A stretch of 64,000 nucleotides of DNA from Perkinsus chesapeaki ATCC PRA-425 (GCA_013115145.1 JAAPAO010000065.1:31822-95821); one strand, 5' to 3'; positions 24,365-37,825 are shown, numbered from the stretch's first letter. Made by a program: numbers and translations. The notes: generated by a model from the sequence alone, not told the origin.

Positions 24365-27300
24365 ATGGCCACTCGCCTATGGCTACTAGCTCCATCAAGT
24401 CGACTGCTACGCTTGGGCCTAGTCCATAGAACTCCCCAGCGGTCAAGAGCTCAACTGTTAGGGGCTACTGCTGCTGTTGTCGTTGCTGGGTTCACTTTTA
24501 CCTGTTGTGGCCCAGTGGTTAATAGTAGACGGGCACTGTGTGAAGATAAGGTTGATATTGTAAGAGCAGGGCATCAGGGACTCAACAAACGTCGTGAGGA
24601 TTCTGCACTAGGGGGATGTGCCCCGCGAAGGGGAGAATTTCTCTTAGTGCGGTGGCATTATTTATAATAGTGTTAAATAAGTTATTTATGTCGTAGTGCT
24701 GTGGTGTTAGACATCGTTCTGGGGAGGTAGGCATAATAATGTTGGTTAAGTACATATTGAAAGGAAAGCGACATAATGCTTCCTTCTACAGCTTCCCTAT
24801 AGTATCATTCAGTATCTTTGGGTCAATATATACATCGCAAGTGGTTTCATTTATACAGTAGTCCAACTTAGTCGCTGGAATGTAACCTTAAAACGTTGAT
24901 ACAACAGATGCGAGTAAAACGTCGTCTTTAACAGTGAATTCAGAATATGTTATGGGTAGCTCTTTCACACTGAACTTGGTTGTATCTATTTGGTGGTTCG
25001 AAGTTAGAGACGTTTGCTAGGCTTATTAGAATTACTTAATAATATTACTATATAATGATTACTACTAAAATATTAATGCTTGCTTGCTTCGTAACATTCC
25101 CATATAAGGGGCAACCTGTGATCTTGATACAGTATGGTTTGTTACTTCACCCATGTCTGAATCAAATAATGGCAAACTACTACTATGGTATTACTGTTCA
25201 TGCTCCCTCTATTAGGTGGTGCCCCCTAAAGCCAGTAGGGAGGCAGTTTCCAGAGTGCATTCAAGCATCGTTGGTAACTACGAGAACAGACTTAAGTTTT
25301 TTGCAGCGCCGGAGAAGGTATGTCTATCAACCTTATCTGTATCTTACACCCTTGGCAGGTGTTTGAATATTATGCTACTGTTGAGTGCGCCGATGGCAGT
25401 TTGGCTATGACCTTCTCTGACTTTATGCAATCTATTCTACCGTTAGTTTTCCTTTCTCTGTGTCCCACTGAAGTATCCATAATGCAGGTATACCTTCCAA
25501 GAGACCTATTATGAGATAGATACGAGAAAGCACTTGCGAACCCTGACGCTGTTCGACCTCAACGGTGACGGCTTTTTACAGGTCGGTCTTGGGATCCGAA
25601 TGTTGCGCGTTTTCCGTAATGTAATGTTTGTCCAACTTTTCCCGTTGAGCTTCGCAAACCTACTCTGATAAGAATACCGCGCTTTTCTTCAACTCGGTTG
25701 CGTGTTTGATTTTAGTTTGATGAATTCCTTATATTGAGTGCAATAATAACAACACCTTCTAGTAAAGCAGAGGAGCTCTTTTATCATACAAGCCAGGAGG
25801 AAGGCTCTAGTGAAGGTGGGCGCCAATCCCAGCTGATGCCAGCGGATGCGTATTCAGGTGAGCTTAGTCGAGCTGGCTTCGTTAGGTTGCTGACCAATAT
25901 GGTTAAGGCGTTTCCTAGGGGGAGTAAGTGGGCATCTGCTGGGGTAAGGGATACTATCGACGGTTGAATTGATAGATGTTCAGCCAATAGGCCCTACCGG
26001 ACCCACGGAAGGTGTCGGATAACAGGCCATTAGAAGACATAGTGGCAGGCTCTGTGCTGGTATCGAGGCTATTCCCTGGGGAGAAGGCCGTGCTTAAGAT
26101 TGAGAGGATGCGAAGATTGATTGAGGATATCTCAGAGGAAGTCTTGTAAGCTGCTGGGCAGTGGTGTAGATGATAGGGCGTCGAGGAGGGCTCATGGGGG
26201 CGACACAATTGGGACAGCAGCAGCAGGGTCACACAGCGCGATGTAGAGGTGTCTTATACAGCTTGGGAGATACCACTGGATGTTTGAGTGGAGATACAGT
26301 TCGAGGAAAAGCTTCAAGAGCGCTCGGCTTTGGGGCGCGTGACTTTCTCCGGCAAATTGCTGGCCCAATAGGGTCTTCATCTCTCCCGATTCCCGTCGAC
26401 ATCAGATACTACGAGTTTAGCTCACACGGTGATGTCCAAGGTGAAGGACCGCGCGCCACGATATCGGCCAGGGAGTTCGCGGGTCTCCTAGTTGGGTTAG
26501 TTCATCCGAGTAACACCGCTCTTTAAGGTTTGTATTACGTGCTGTTTGATCAGGGCAGATGGAAGGGATAGCTAAGCGAGTGCGTGGGATAGATTGGCAG
26601 GGAATGGGGTAGGCGGCGGTGGCGGCCAGTCGGAAGCTTTTGCTCATGGGAAGCTTGATAGGAAAATATTCCTTCTTAATATGACATTAGTACCTCTGCA
26701 AGGAGTGGTCTAGTCGCTACCTATGTGCTGAGTGCGTGCATATGGACAGATATTTGAAGAGAGGACTTTTTAGAGGGTCTCTCCCCGAGGGTTGTTAGGT
26801 CTCCTTGAGGGAGAGAGATATGGAAGAGACTGGACGCTCTCGATCTCAGATTCAGCCCAGCTGGTCATCGTTCCGTTTGCTGTGAGCTCCTCGAGTACTT
26901 TATTACCTTTTATACTTATCAAACTGCTTATAAGCTTACTGTACTTTCGATAAAGAGTTCATTGATAATAAATAGTGAAAATGAAATACATGTCTTCTGG
27001 ATAGTTTCATTGTCTGTCTGCAGTTCGTCTCTGTTCAGTCGGGTCTGTTTCGGTGCTGTAAAGGAGTTTGATAGATGCCTTAGTGGTATAATAGAGTCGA
27101 AGTCCACGGTAGAGCAAGGAGGAGATATAAGAAGTATTTCTAGGGAAGTAAGTGGTGTAGTTTACATGGGCCACTGCATTTACAGGACTTTTCTGCAATA
27201 CTGGAGGGACTGGTGAACAAGAATGCGGCATCTAAGGAAGATATGGCAGCTGTTGTTGAAGTGTTGTTCAAGTAGGTCTTCTCGGGCTGCTCACTCAGAC

Positions 27301-27610
27301 ATACAGTCGATACGACCGCCTTATTGTCTTGACGGGGTAAAATCGTTCTCGATAGGGGACGGGGTAAAATCGTTCTCGATAGGGGATGGGGTAAAATCGT
27401 TCTAGCTGTATTTTACACGGAGCGTCGAATATCGTTATTATGAACCTTCTCCGTTTGTTTATCGGTATAACATACGTAATAGATTGTTCCACTTTTAACA
27501 AGAGTGATACAGCCTCGACTCCTCTGTCATTAGACTTCTCGATAAGGACGGTAACGGTGTGCTGGATCAGCATGAATTCTTCGGCCTGTTACGTCAGCGC
27601 TCAGAAAGGT
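24365..27610 (+). CDS. MICU1: Mitochondrial calcium uptake protein (MICU1-like EF-hand protein), multi-exon; 3' end uncertain
   Basis: Arg-rich presequence plus a hydrophobic segment; NYENRLKFFAAPEKVFEYYAT (cf. MICU1 YENRIR.YS.PDKIF.YFAT); MTFSDF; LFDLNGDG; ISAREFAGLL; LLDKDGNGVLDQHEFFGLLRQR. Confidence 0.8.
27334..27403. repeat. 27-bp direct repeat, ~2.6 copies, probably intronic
   Basis: Tandem ggggtaaaatcgttctcgataggggac. Confidence 0.85.
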
Positions 27611-28093
27611 GGGTGCAGCCACCTGAGTTTATCATATCTGTCATGAACCTACTTCACGCCTTGTTCAAGTGATTGTGTGTTTCTGTCTCCCTCAGTTTGT
27701 GTATTGTGTTAATAGAGATCGCTTAGTACTCAGTCTGGCCGGTAACGCCTATCGTCACTGGGCAAACCTCATCTTGCTTTGGCTGGGGAGAGAAGAAGAC
27801 AAACTAGCTGGATGGAGGGAGTTGTAGTTTTCAAGATTATTATACGGATATATTGTTTAAGGAACCTCTTTGGTCTCATCTCTGCTGCTCCTCCATCAGT
27901 GTTGTTCTATTCCTATGCCAACGCTCAGGCGTTACAGTTGATTATGATAGATATCCGCGAGACATCAACAAAACTCGCTCTTAAGCCCCCACTTGCCACT
28001 TCGTAATAGCTTCACCCTACATTTTACCACAGCACTTCGGAAACGCCCTGGATATTTCCGCCAGTTTTCGGTTCACTAAATCCCATATCTACT

Positions 28094-29581
28094 ATGAATG
28101 CAGACGTATCTCCACCACCTATCCGACATGATAATACCGCTCTGTCTGGCCTTGCGGTTGACAGCAGTGCTGTTGGTAATAGGTATGCTAGTGTGTGCCG
28201 AGTAAGCCTCGGTGATCCTATTGCTATATCCGATCGGGATAGGGAGCAGGCGGCGTTGGGGCCTGATCTGCTACAGTATGAGCGGAAGGAGCTGATAAGG
28301 GCATCCAAGAGAATTAAGGTGAGGGCCTCGAAGGTGTGGAGAGGTTGGTGCTCGGCAGATGGTAGACAACTTGCTTTTACTACCATCTTCAGTTATCAAT
28401 TTAATTATAACTTCCCATTCATTTCCTTCTTACTGTATGCTTGTGTGATGGTAATATAACTCCACCTTTTAGTAGTAGATGGACCTGTTAGATAAACTTA
28501 CGGTAGACCATTAAGCGTGTGGGTGATTGATCGAGAACCCGGACAAATAATAATCTTGAGCTTGCCTTGGAAATGCTCTAGTTGTAAGTTGATAACAAGT
28601 ATGCATCAACTCCAAACTTTATTATGATTTCCCTCCAACTCGAATAACAGCCATTTAGTGTGTGAGTGATCAGTGGATCGATTAGTTTAGTGGAATTCTT
28701 TGACCTCCATTATTCCGATGAGATTAGTCTCTCTGCTATATATAATATCATCTCTTATGTGTAGTTAGTTCTTGCTTTCCTCTCCCAGCACCTCGTTGTC
28801 ATGGGCGTTACTATTATTATGCTAATCACTTGTCTGTTTCCAACCTTCAGACCAAGAGTGCTAGTCGTGCCAAGCAGTTGGCCCTGCGCACGCGTGCAGC
28901 AGCAGCAGCAGCGGCCACCAAGAAGCCTGTTGGAGTAGGAGGGGAGTGAAAGTCTTACTTCCCCTACGATAGTGTCGTTTGTAGGCTACCAGCGGGGGGA
29001 CGGCACCAACGGCCTCTCGATCGACCGCTCCGAGTCGATCAGCACCGCCGCCGCCGCTGCAGCACACAAAGCGATCGACAGCAAGACTTCAGCATGCTAG
29101 GTTGCTAGAGCGGTATGGTGATCTTACTAGGTTGTCATTGGAGACACAGAGTCAGTTGGAGGACTCTGAGGGCAGGATACAGCGGTGGGATGGGGGATAA
29201 TCTGATAGAAAAAACAGAAATTAGCGGCGAAAGTGTGGGGCGCTGTACGTGATCGCCCACGATATATTATGAATGTTACCATATTTTGTATTTATTATTA
29301 TAATAACCGCTTCACGTTTTTTTATGTATTATACGGAAATACTGCAGCGGCGCAATCTTTGCATTGGCACCTCGAGGGGGTCTAAGCGTGACTTTGATAA
29401 GGTTGAAAGATACTCTAGATATTTCAGGTTGCTCAAGCGAAGAGGGTCTCTGTCGGAGCAAAGAATTCAGATCGATGAGGAAGTCACCGCACTACAGCGG
29501 AAGATACGCGATATGGTTGCGGCCACATTAGAGGCTGCAGCAGCACAGCAACAACAGCAGACTAGTGCGGAGTCAGAGTAA
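28094..29581 (+). CDS. Hypothetical coiled-coil protein (multi-exon)
   Basis: Exon-like segments bounded by GT/AG: PDLLQYERKELIRASKRIK, TKSASRAKQLALRT, RLLERYGDLTRLSLETQSQLEDSEGRIQR and RIQIDEEVTALQRKIRDMV...SAESE*. Start uncertain. Confidence 0.5.
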
Positions 29582-29834
29582 GCGGGGATGATCGAATGGC
29601 GAGGTGGATCGCCGTCGTTTGTGTCGCATGTCTCCCTTGGAACTTTTGTTGTTCTATTGGGGTTCTGGATTCCGTAAAAATATCTGTCGAACGAAGTGAC
29701 TAGCTCGTGAGGGAGTGAAACGGTTAATCGATATTTTACTCCCAGTCAACAAACTGGCAGAGTATCGTTTTTTGGTTCTGCCTGCTAGTATTACCGATTG
29801 TCTTTATGAAATGTAACGCGTTTGGGGAAGGTAT

Positions 29835-32800
29835 ATGGCTGGAGTAGATCGCTGGAATGATAATGAGTACAATGTGTTGTTCATCATGACAGAGTACCGG
29901 CAAAACTATGCCGATATGGAAAGATATTTAATAGCTCATCTCGAAGACAAATGGTATGTTTTTAGTGAAACCCATGAAACTGCATCAGCTTCTTCGAGCC
30001 AGTCTCCACCAGCAACGGATGATGTGATAGATGCCCCAGGGGCTCATCCAAAACCAACTCATCATGTGCCTACAAATCCTCATCTGAGCAGGGCCAGAGC
30101 CAGGCTGGGCAAACTAGTGCAGAGATGGAAGCCTAATCAAGATAGAGATGATAGAGTAGTAACATAGGGTTGGCGGCGGCGGTGGAGTAACTCAGTGTTG
30201 GTATTGCTCAATGGAGGGAGGCTGAGCTTTGCCCTAGTGGGGAGAGCGGTAGGGTTGGTCAGGGGGGGATAAGTGGTTTAGGGGGTCATAGTGGATAATA
30301 TATTCTCCCCTTGTGGGTCACAGAGTCGAGGCGGATTCGGTAGAATTAGTATAAATGAACGGAATTAGTTAAATGTGAATGAGGTAGTGCGATAACAACA
30401 TAAGTTGGTCTCTAATAGTGATAACTTGCATAGTGTATGATAGACATTTGCCAAAGGATGCTTAACTTCGGATGAGGCGCTCTACATCGCTTCCAATAAT
30501 CAATGTAATTACGATTGGTATCTGCTACCTAATAAAATTATCAATTCTCGAGGCTAGCTGTAGCTACCGACTACTTTCTGGAATAAGCTACCTAATCTGA
30601 TCACCAGCATGACTCCGCCCACTGTCGTCTTGCATTTTCGTGATTGTTCAGATCGAAAAGGACCGTGAAGAAGCCGAGGAGATTCTTGCTCAGCGGCAAC
30701 CATCACCAAAGCGGAGGAGGTCTCGGCCCCCGGAAATATCGATTGATATGGCGAGCGCTGTTGATGTTGAAGAGGGTGATGGGGGCAGTCAGCAGGAGGA
30801 GGAGGAAGAGGATATGGAGATTCTGACTGAGGGGGGGGTGGCCGTAACGGATGAGGATATGGATGGTATAGAAGGATCTGAAGAGGAACATGATACCAGT
30901 GATGAGATGAGCCAAGACGACGATATATAATAATGAAGTTCAATAGCCATTCATATTAGATAAGGTAAGCTGGGGGATGATGGCGAGGGTTGGAATATCT
31001 CACGTGGGGGGGTGGAGAATATTTCTGACAAAATTTCTGGGAATTCCGGCTAATTTTCGGGAGTTCAATTATTGTGTCGATTTTTTAGCTCAACTGTGTG
31101 AGGGCGGGGTACATTTCAAGGCTGCTGGATATGATGGTTCGTATTTGGATATCTCCTCAGCCCACGAGATACACTAATATGGCGGAGGCTGGCTGCTGCT
31201 GCTGCCGGTGGTGCTGCGTTGTGGGATATGTATCACTACGTTGGATCCACGTTACCATTTATACTTGGAACCATCAAACCGTCTCATGCGTGATTATGGG
31301 GGCTTTAGTTTCTACATAAGAGAGGGCGTGATTATCAACGGGGAGATTGGAAGTACACTTTCACTATTCCACCGTCACTGGGCCAGTGACACCTGCTCAG
31401 CTCGAAACTGGGAGATGTACGATAGGAAAAATGGGCAGAAAGAGACCAGGAGTGTGAGCAACTGGGGAAGCGCTCAATAGTTTCTGAAAATCCGGGAAAA
31501 ATATTTGTAGAGTTAGTCGGAATATTCGGAAATTAATAGAGATATTCGGAAAAATATTGGAAATATTCGGAAAATTATTGGAAATATTCGGGAAATTATT
31601 GGAAATATTCGGGAAATTATTGGAAATATTCGGGAAATTATTGGAAATATTCGGGAAGTTAATGGAAATATTCGAGACATTGATATGAATATTCACACCC
31701 CTTTACAGTTACTTCACAGCTTTATCCATCTACAATGGGTTTCTGTTCCCTTAACGGCTGCTTTGAATTTTGCCGGGGTCGTCGTGCCCCTTTGCCTTCC
31801 TCTGCCTCGGGTACTGCAGCTTCGGTTCTCGGTGCTGCTGGTAAGCATAAGAAGCTCAGCTCAAGGCCATGTCGAATTCCTGAAGGGGATGGTAGGATAT
31901 TTGCATCGCTCCGCTAGGAGCTGTTGTATTTTTAGAACTAACGGCATGCCTCAGTACTGCACCATATAACCTAGTAGAGACCGCTGCTCCACATTCTCGG
32001 GCACGGTGCTGGTCGACTCCCAATATTAATAAGTATCGAGGTGACATGATGTATGTGTCCGTAGATGATCCTATACTAAGCCGATTGTAAGCCATTGGGG
32101 AGGGAGATAGCAGTCGGGTGTTTAGGAGGCCACCAATCGTTATTACTAGTACCGTTAGTTGTTAAAATATAAGTGGTAAATATTAGCCGATGATGCGTGC
32201 CAAAAAGGATGATAGTGATTAATTAAATTTAGGTGTATAATTTTATGAATGTATCGTGTTGCTATATTATAAAGTAGCTACAGGGTCATGCTGTAAGAAA
32301 GTGTACCCCATTTCCTATTGGGATATTACTTAACACTTCACTTCAATCCCTCAATCATTTCTACACCCTCAAAGAGAGCTTCAAACTGGTACACATTCTA
32401 CCGCTCTCGAAGCTCAATGCATCTGCCTGTCCAACCGTGCAGTTGAACCAGACCGTTATTAGTTGACAAAATTGCTTGACTTAGTTTGCTGGTAGCAAAC
32501 TGGAAACATGCCACGTCGTGCCAAATATCTAACGAACTCGCACAACGGTTTGGATCATGCTGCTTTAGTTGCTGTATTTGACAGTTCATATTTTCCTCAG
32601 ATTAGTGTCAATCTGTCTCCAGCTGGAGCTAGGGGTTCTAGTATGCGATCCTGGTGACTTTGAATCGGTCTGGAAGGAAGTTGTCGAGCCCTGTTGTCCA
32701 GCGAGGTGAGGCTTTACCATACCTCTGTGCTCTTACATACTCTCAGAGCTATCTTTGTGGTGTGTACTGATCGTCCTGGCCTATGTAACGTTATAAAGGA

Positions 32801-34842
32801 TAACAGTTATCTGGTATCTAGCCGTATAGTTAACGTTCATTTAGTTGGCAATGTGGAGAAGTAAGTTACCATATACCTGTACGGTGTATAATGTACACCA
32901 TCGGAAGGTTAATTGTATACCATGTTAGTTCAACTGTACCTAATAATGAAACAACAGAAAATTTCGAAAAAATAGAAGACAATTTAGCTCAAATGACAGT
33001 CGAGGGCTAGTCTCAGTTGCATACGAGGTCGCGACATTTTCTATGTACAGGGTGTCCCAAAATTTGAATTACTCGCCGACCCCATCGAATTTAACCATGG
33101 CTCTCACACCATCAGAAAGACACACTCGAGAGCTTTCGAACGCCACACGTGTCGTCGAAATATTCGCCTTCCTGAAAAAGTTATTCAAAAAAGCACATTT
33201 TTGGAGGAGGACACCCTGTAGTTATTTTGATAAATTTATGCCATTCGTTTCATAGTTAATATCATACCTACCTCTTCAGAGAGAAATCGTTACTCTTTTC
33301 AAGATGGTGCTATCTTATTTCAAATGTAGCTTCTATTATTATCCGCTTTGTGGTGATATACATTATTTATTGATTATATTAGTTACTGAGGGTATCCTTC
33401 ATTTGTTAGGACTCCCCTCGATAACGAGGAAACGCGTCATTTCTTCCGTAATAAGGTAACTCGCTGGAGAGTAGCACCAGGAACACATGTTGGGTCACAC
33501 TGTAATCCTATGGATGCCTCAGGATCGGGGTGCAGGAACAGATGTAGGGAGGGGGGCTGTATAATATACCACACGAACTACTAATTTATTATGGACAAAT
33601 TATAATATCTGATTTGGTGAACGGTTGCATCTCTTGATTCACAAGCTTCCTTCCCGGCGAGATAGCGGCTTTGATGCATGCTGCGGCTATTGCTGTTACT
33701 GGTTCATATAGAGATCTGATAAAAATGTCTATTAATGTCCAATATAAATATATAAAATCATCCAATAGGAATATGAATAATATACTGTAACGCATATACC
33801 TGTATCAGATATGATACTATAGGACAGCCTCTATATAGCCATTGCCTCAATACTATATCTAATTATCAATCTCGTAGTGGTTCTTCATTGCATATATTAT
33901 CGATCCCTATGGATCAATACTTGAGCAGTAACGCTGATGACTCTTGATTAGTTAGTTTTCATTGTTTGTTATTATTCCTTTTAGCGGAAGGTTCCGGTGA
34001 AGATGGTGATAGGATAGAGATGGTACACCTTATATTTGACCAAATGTTCAGAGATTCAGATGCTGCATTGGACCAGCAACTAGTCAACTTCCAACGTAAG
34101 TCGTCGAGCTTGGCAGACTTAGGGCTGAAGGAATTTTGCACTTGCACTACGTGGAGTAAGTGTTTTGCGTCAGTGTGGGATGTGAAATGTCACGTTGGGT
34201 CTCTACGGTGGAGAAGAGGCTAGGATCATTTCGAAAGGATCCGGGGCTGTAATAGTATATATTGTTATTAATTGGAGAGGATGAATCAGTAATCATAGGT
34301 ATTTGAAGGGTACATAGATATGTGAATGATAAATACGACAGTGACTCTGATATATGACTAATTACTACTTCACCGTTATAAAGGTACTGTCTTATTTGGT
34401 ATAGTAGTATGATATATGGTATATGATATAGTTTCGCACTGGCCATGGTAGCATACTGTATATAATAGCAGTTTCTCTAGGCTGTTACCTGCCCTCACAG
34501 CAATGTGCTCCTCAGAGATCGAAACGTGTTCCTAATGCGCCTAAGATGCCACGGAAATTTGGTAGAAAATGAATCCCTGCATAAGCGTGAACTGCCTTCC
34601 CTCTGGACCTGATATCTGAGGTTCGTCTATGCTCTGTATTGTCAGGTATAGTCGGTACGTTGCCACAACATCTGGCGAGAAGTGACGAGCAGCGTGTGAA
34701 GGATATCTGCAAGGACGATAACCCTCATGAAGATGCTTTGGATGTCCTTACTAGAATGCATGACGAGGTGCTGCGATTAGAGTAAAGAGCGGTATGAGAT
34801 TATTGTGCCTGTAGGATCTTAAACGGGAGGATGTCGCTGTAA
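29835..34842 (+). CDS. One or two hypothetical multi-exon proteins with an acidic/NLS-like segment
   Basis: Recurring GT..AG-bounded exons: MAGVDRWNDNEYNVLFIM, SPKRRRSR plus an acidic tract, GDRIEMVHLIFDQMF, DALDVLTRMHDEVLRL. No family recognised and the gene model is not resolved. Confidence 0.4.
31520..31678. repeat. 21-bp tandem repeat (~7 copies)
   Basis: Tandem ggaaatattcgggaaattatt with variants, in a probable intron. Confidence 0.9.
33048..33218. mobile_element. Tc1/mariner-type MITE (171 bp) with TA target-site duplication
   Basis: TA|CAGGGTGTCC ... GGACACCCTG|TA: a 10-bp perfect TIR, TA on both sides and no transposase ORF inside. Confidence 0.8.
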
Positions 34843-35042
34843 AGAACTGATTGCCGATCAACATTTAGAGTTCCTGTAGTGCTGCTGCTGCTGCTTACAG
34901 AATAACAACACTGTGTAGCGAATAGAACGGGTTGGGTTTTATTATTAATGATATTGAAGGAGAGGGGCAGTTTGTATTATTAACAATGTTAACTGGATAT
35001 GCATCTTCACCGAGGGCATCGACCTCATCATCGTCGTCGAGT

Positions 35043-37825
35043 ATGGCATTGGACAGGACTAATCAGTTTTATGAGTATATAAAGGAATTGGATGGTAGTA
35101 GGGAAGAGACGGTGATGGGGACAGAAGCTCTTTTATGAGCTCTACGAAGAAAGCTCATTGAGGATATTGAGGCACAATTGAACGATGTATGGTATAAGTA
35201 TTGTTACGTGCTCCGCGATGTCATATAAGCTACTCTATAGGCGTGTAATTCAGTAGGTGTAATGTGACCCCAGAGATGCTCCATACAGCTCTTAGCAATA
35301 CAACCGAGCCAATAAAGCTTATCCCTCGTTTATACCAGGGCTATTGGTCAGTGTAGATCCTTTCAGGTTCTGCCGCGGAAGCGATAGCGCAGCAGCAACA
35401 AGGTAGTAAGGCATCGAGGGCTGCTGCTGCAGCTGCAGCTGGTACTGTTGTAGTGTTATGTAATATAGGTGGAGCACAAGGGACATCGTCATCAGCAGCC
35501 ATAGCGCAGTTTAATAAGTATGCTAATGAGATTGGAGTTGATTTGCATCAGACGCAAATGAAAATACAAGAGCTCGGGAAACGTAACGTGAAACGCTTCG
35601 CTCCGCTAAGGATTTGGCATTTTTAGTTGCCCGGTCGAAGGGGATATTTAACGACCAAACAACGAGGATAAATAACTTTACGGCGGACATTAAGAAGGTG
35701 GGGACAGCATCGTATACAGATTGAATAATAAAATAGGATAAGCTATATTTTATCGATTTCTTACTCAGTATTGAGCATTGTGATGAAAATTAAAAATACG
35801 AGTACTATGAGAGGAACCGATATTTTCATCTGAATCGATCAACCGTTTCATTACAGTATTTTGTAGTCACAATCCTTGTTTAGGATTTGGACGCTTTAAG
35901 TCAGAAGATAGAGCTACTGCAGCAACATGCAAACAGATCGGCTGAGAGTAGTAACGGTCGGGATGTCGGGAAGGACTAGGGAATTATACAACGGGGATAG
36001 GTGGCTAAACCGTCTCAATATGTGATTTATATAGGCCGAGAACCAATTAATATAGCTCTTCTGTGGGTTATAATATATGCCCTGGGCTTTTACTAATAAG
36101 ATCTCGGTGTAGTGCGGGGATCACCTGACCCAAAGGAGGTCAGTAAAACGTTACTAGAGCGTTCAACTTATTGGTGTGAGAGGAAGTCGGTAGCAGATCA
36201 TCGGAAAGCTTAGATATCTATAACGGTTTCATATGGGTTTTGCTAGAGCTTTTGTTCCTAAACGAAAAGGAAACCTGAAAGGCATCTCTACGCCCCTAGA
36301 TGATGCTGCTGGTCAGGTCGACAGGCCAAGGCTCACACCAGTGGTATTGTTAAGACCCTTCAAACTAGGTGGGCGTAGGGGGTGTGGTGATACAATATAT
36401 GGGGATCTATCAGATTGATGGGGCTTACTAAGGATTTTAAGGATGTTCTGGAATTACGGACAAAGACACTTCAACAGCAGGATCGAAGGTAACAGTGATG
36501 AGAGATATGTGGTATTGGTTGGTAGGCGGAATATGTATGCCTTCTCCTCGACATCATCTAACCCATTCCAGCAAAAAGGGGGCAATGGAGGTAGGATTCT
36601 TATCGAGCTACTTAGGCCTGTACAAAGGATTTTTGGAATTCCACTTGTTGTTGAGTCTTGAGCCGAATATCGTGGGTATTATCCTAGACTAAACTTTCGA
36701 TGCTGCCTTTGGAGTCGGCAGTCCTCTTGGCGGCATATGCTCTCACACTGTGGTTGATATTTACCCGCATAGATTGAATGTGACAAATATCCAATGTGAT
36801 CTGGAATATCTTTGTTATGTTTGGTCTCCATTCACAGTTGTGGAGCTGTACTGTTTGTTATTGTTTTGGATGTTTAGGTAGTACGGAGATGTCGGATGCC
36901 TCTACCTTTACTGGTGGTCCACCAAGTGGGTTTGATATTGAAGGTGGTAGAGAGCAACAGGAGCAGCAGCTTATACAAGGTCCAGGGTATCTAAATGCCA
37001 GAGCTAATGCTGTTCAAGCAGTACAGAGGACTATTGGTACGCGTAGCTATAGGGACTTCATACGCAAACTTTATTATCAAGTTCGCTTTTTGACAACAGT
37101 CTAGTGAGCCTTTGCCGATCTAAACGTGTGTTGCCTGCAAGGACATTCAAATTGAATGATAGGTTTGTTGACCAGGTCGAAAATAAGTTCATAAATGCAT
37201 TTCTTGGCGCGCGAGATTTCTATTTACATAGGCTATGTGCGCCGTCTTGAGTAGTTGCTGTGATAGAGCTTGCAAGATCGGTAAGCTCTGAGCGCATGAG
37301 ATGAGTTAGTGTTGAAGAGTCATTGGTGGGTAGGTAATCATAACACTGCATTTAGGTGAACTTGGGCAGATGTTCCAGAAGGTGTCGTCTATGGTATATG
37401 AACAAGATGAGATGATTATGCGAATAGATTCTGACGTGGATGACACAATGGGGCATTTGAACGAGGGCCAGAACCAGTTGTTAAAGTAAAAAGGGGCCGG
37501 TAGGACTTGTGGAACTCAATAAAGCATTTGTTCATCTGAGAGTAGTGGACATGGTAGGGTACTATTTATCATCTTTAATATGTCCCGCACTACTACGACA
37601 GTGCTGAAGATATTCCCGCTCATACCTCCTCTGGATAGACTCCAAACATCTCGTGCCCTATTTTAGGCAAATGTGTTAGGCCCTTTATTATTTAATAATC
37701 ATCACTTACATGACTATATCTTCTTTAGGTACTTCCACAACATCTCTGGCAATCGATCGTTAATATTAAAGATATTTGCCATTCTTATATGCTTTGTTAT
37801 ATTCTTCGTTGTATTCTTGGCCTAA
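35043..37825 (+). CDS. STX5: Syntaxin-5 / Sed5 (Golgi Qa-SNARE), multi-exon
   Basis: N-peptide MALDRTNQF; FNKYANEIGVDL, LARSKGIFND, GIVKTLQTRL..LTKDFKDVLELRT; SNARE motif RANAVQAVQRTI.ELGQMFQKVSSMVYEQDEMIMRIDSDVDDT; C-terminal TM LILKIFAILICFVIFFVVFLA*. Confidence 0.95.

Noticed and set aside
28895-28915. CAG/GCT microsatellites (also ~1865, 31195, 34880)
   Set aside because: Short, ordinary low-complexity tracts.
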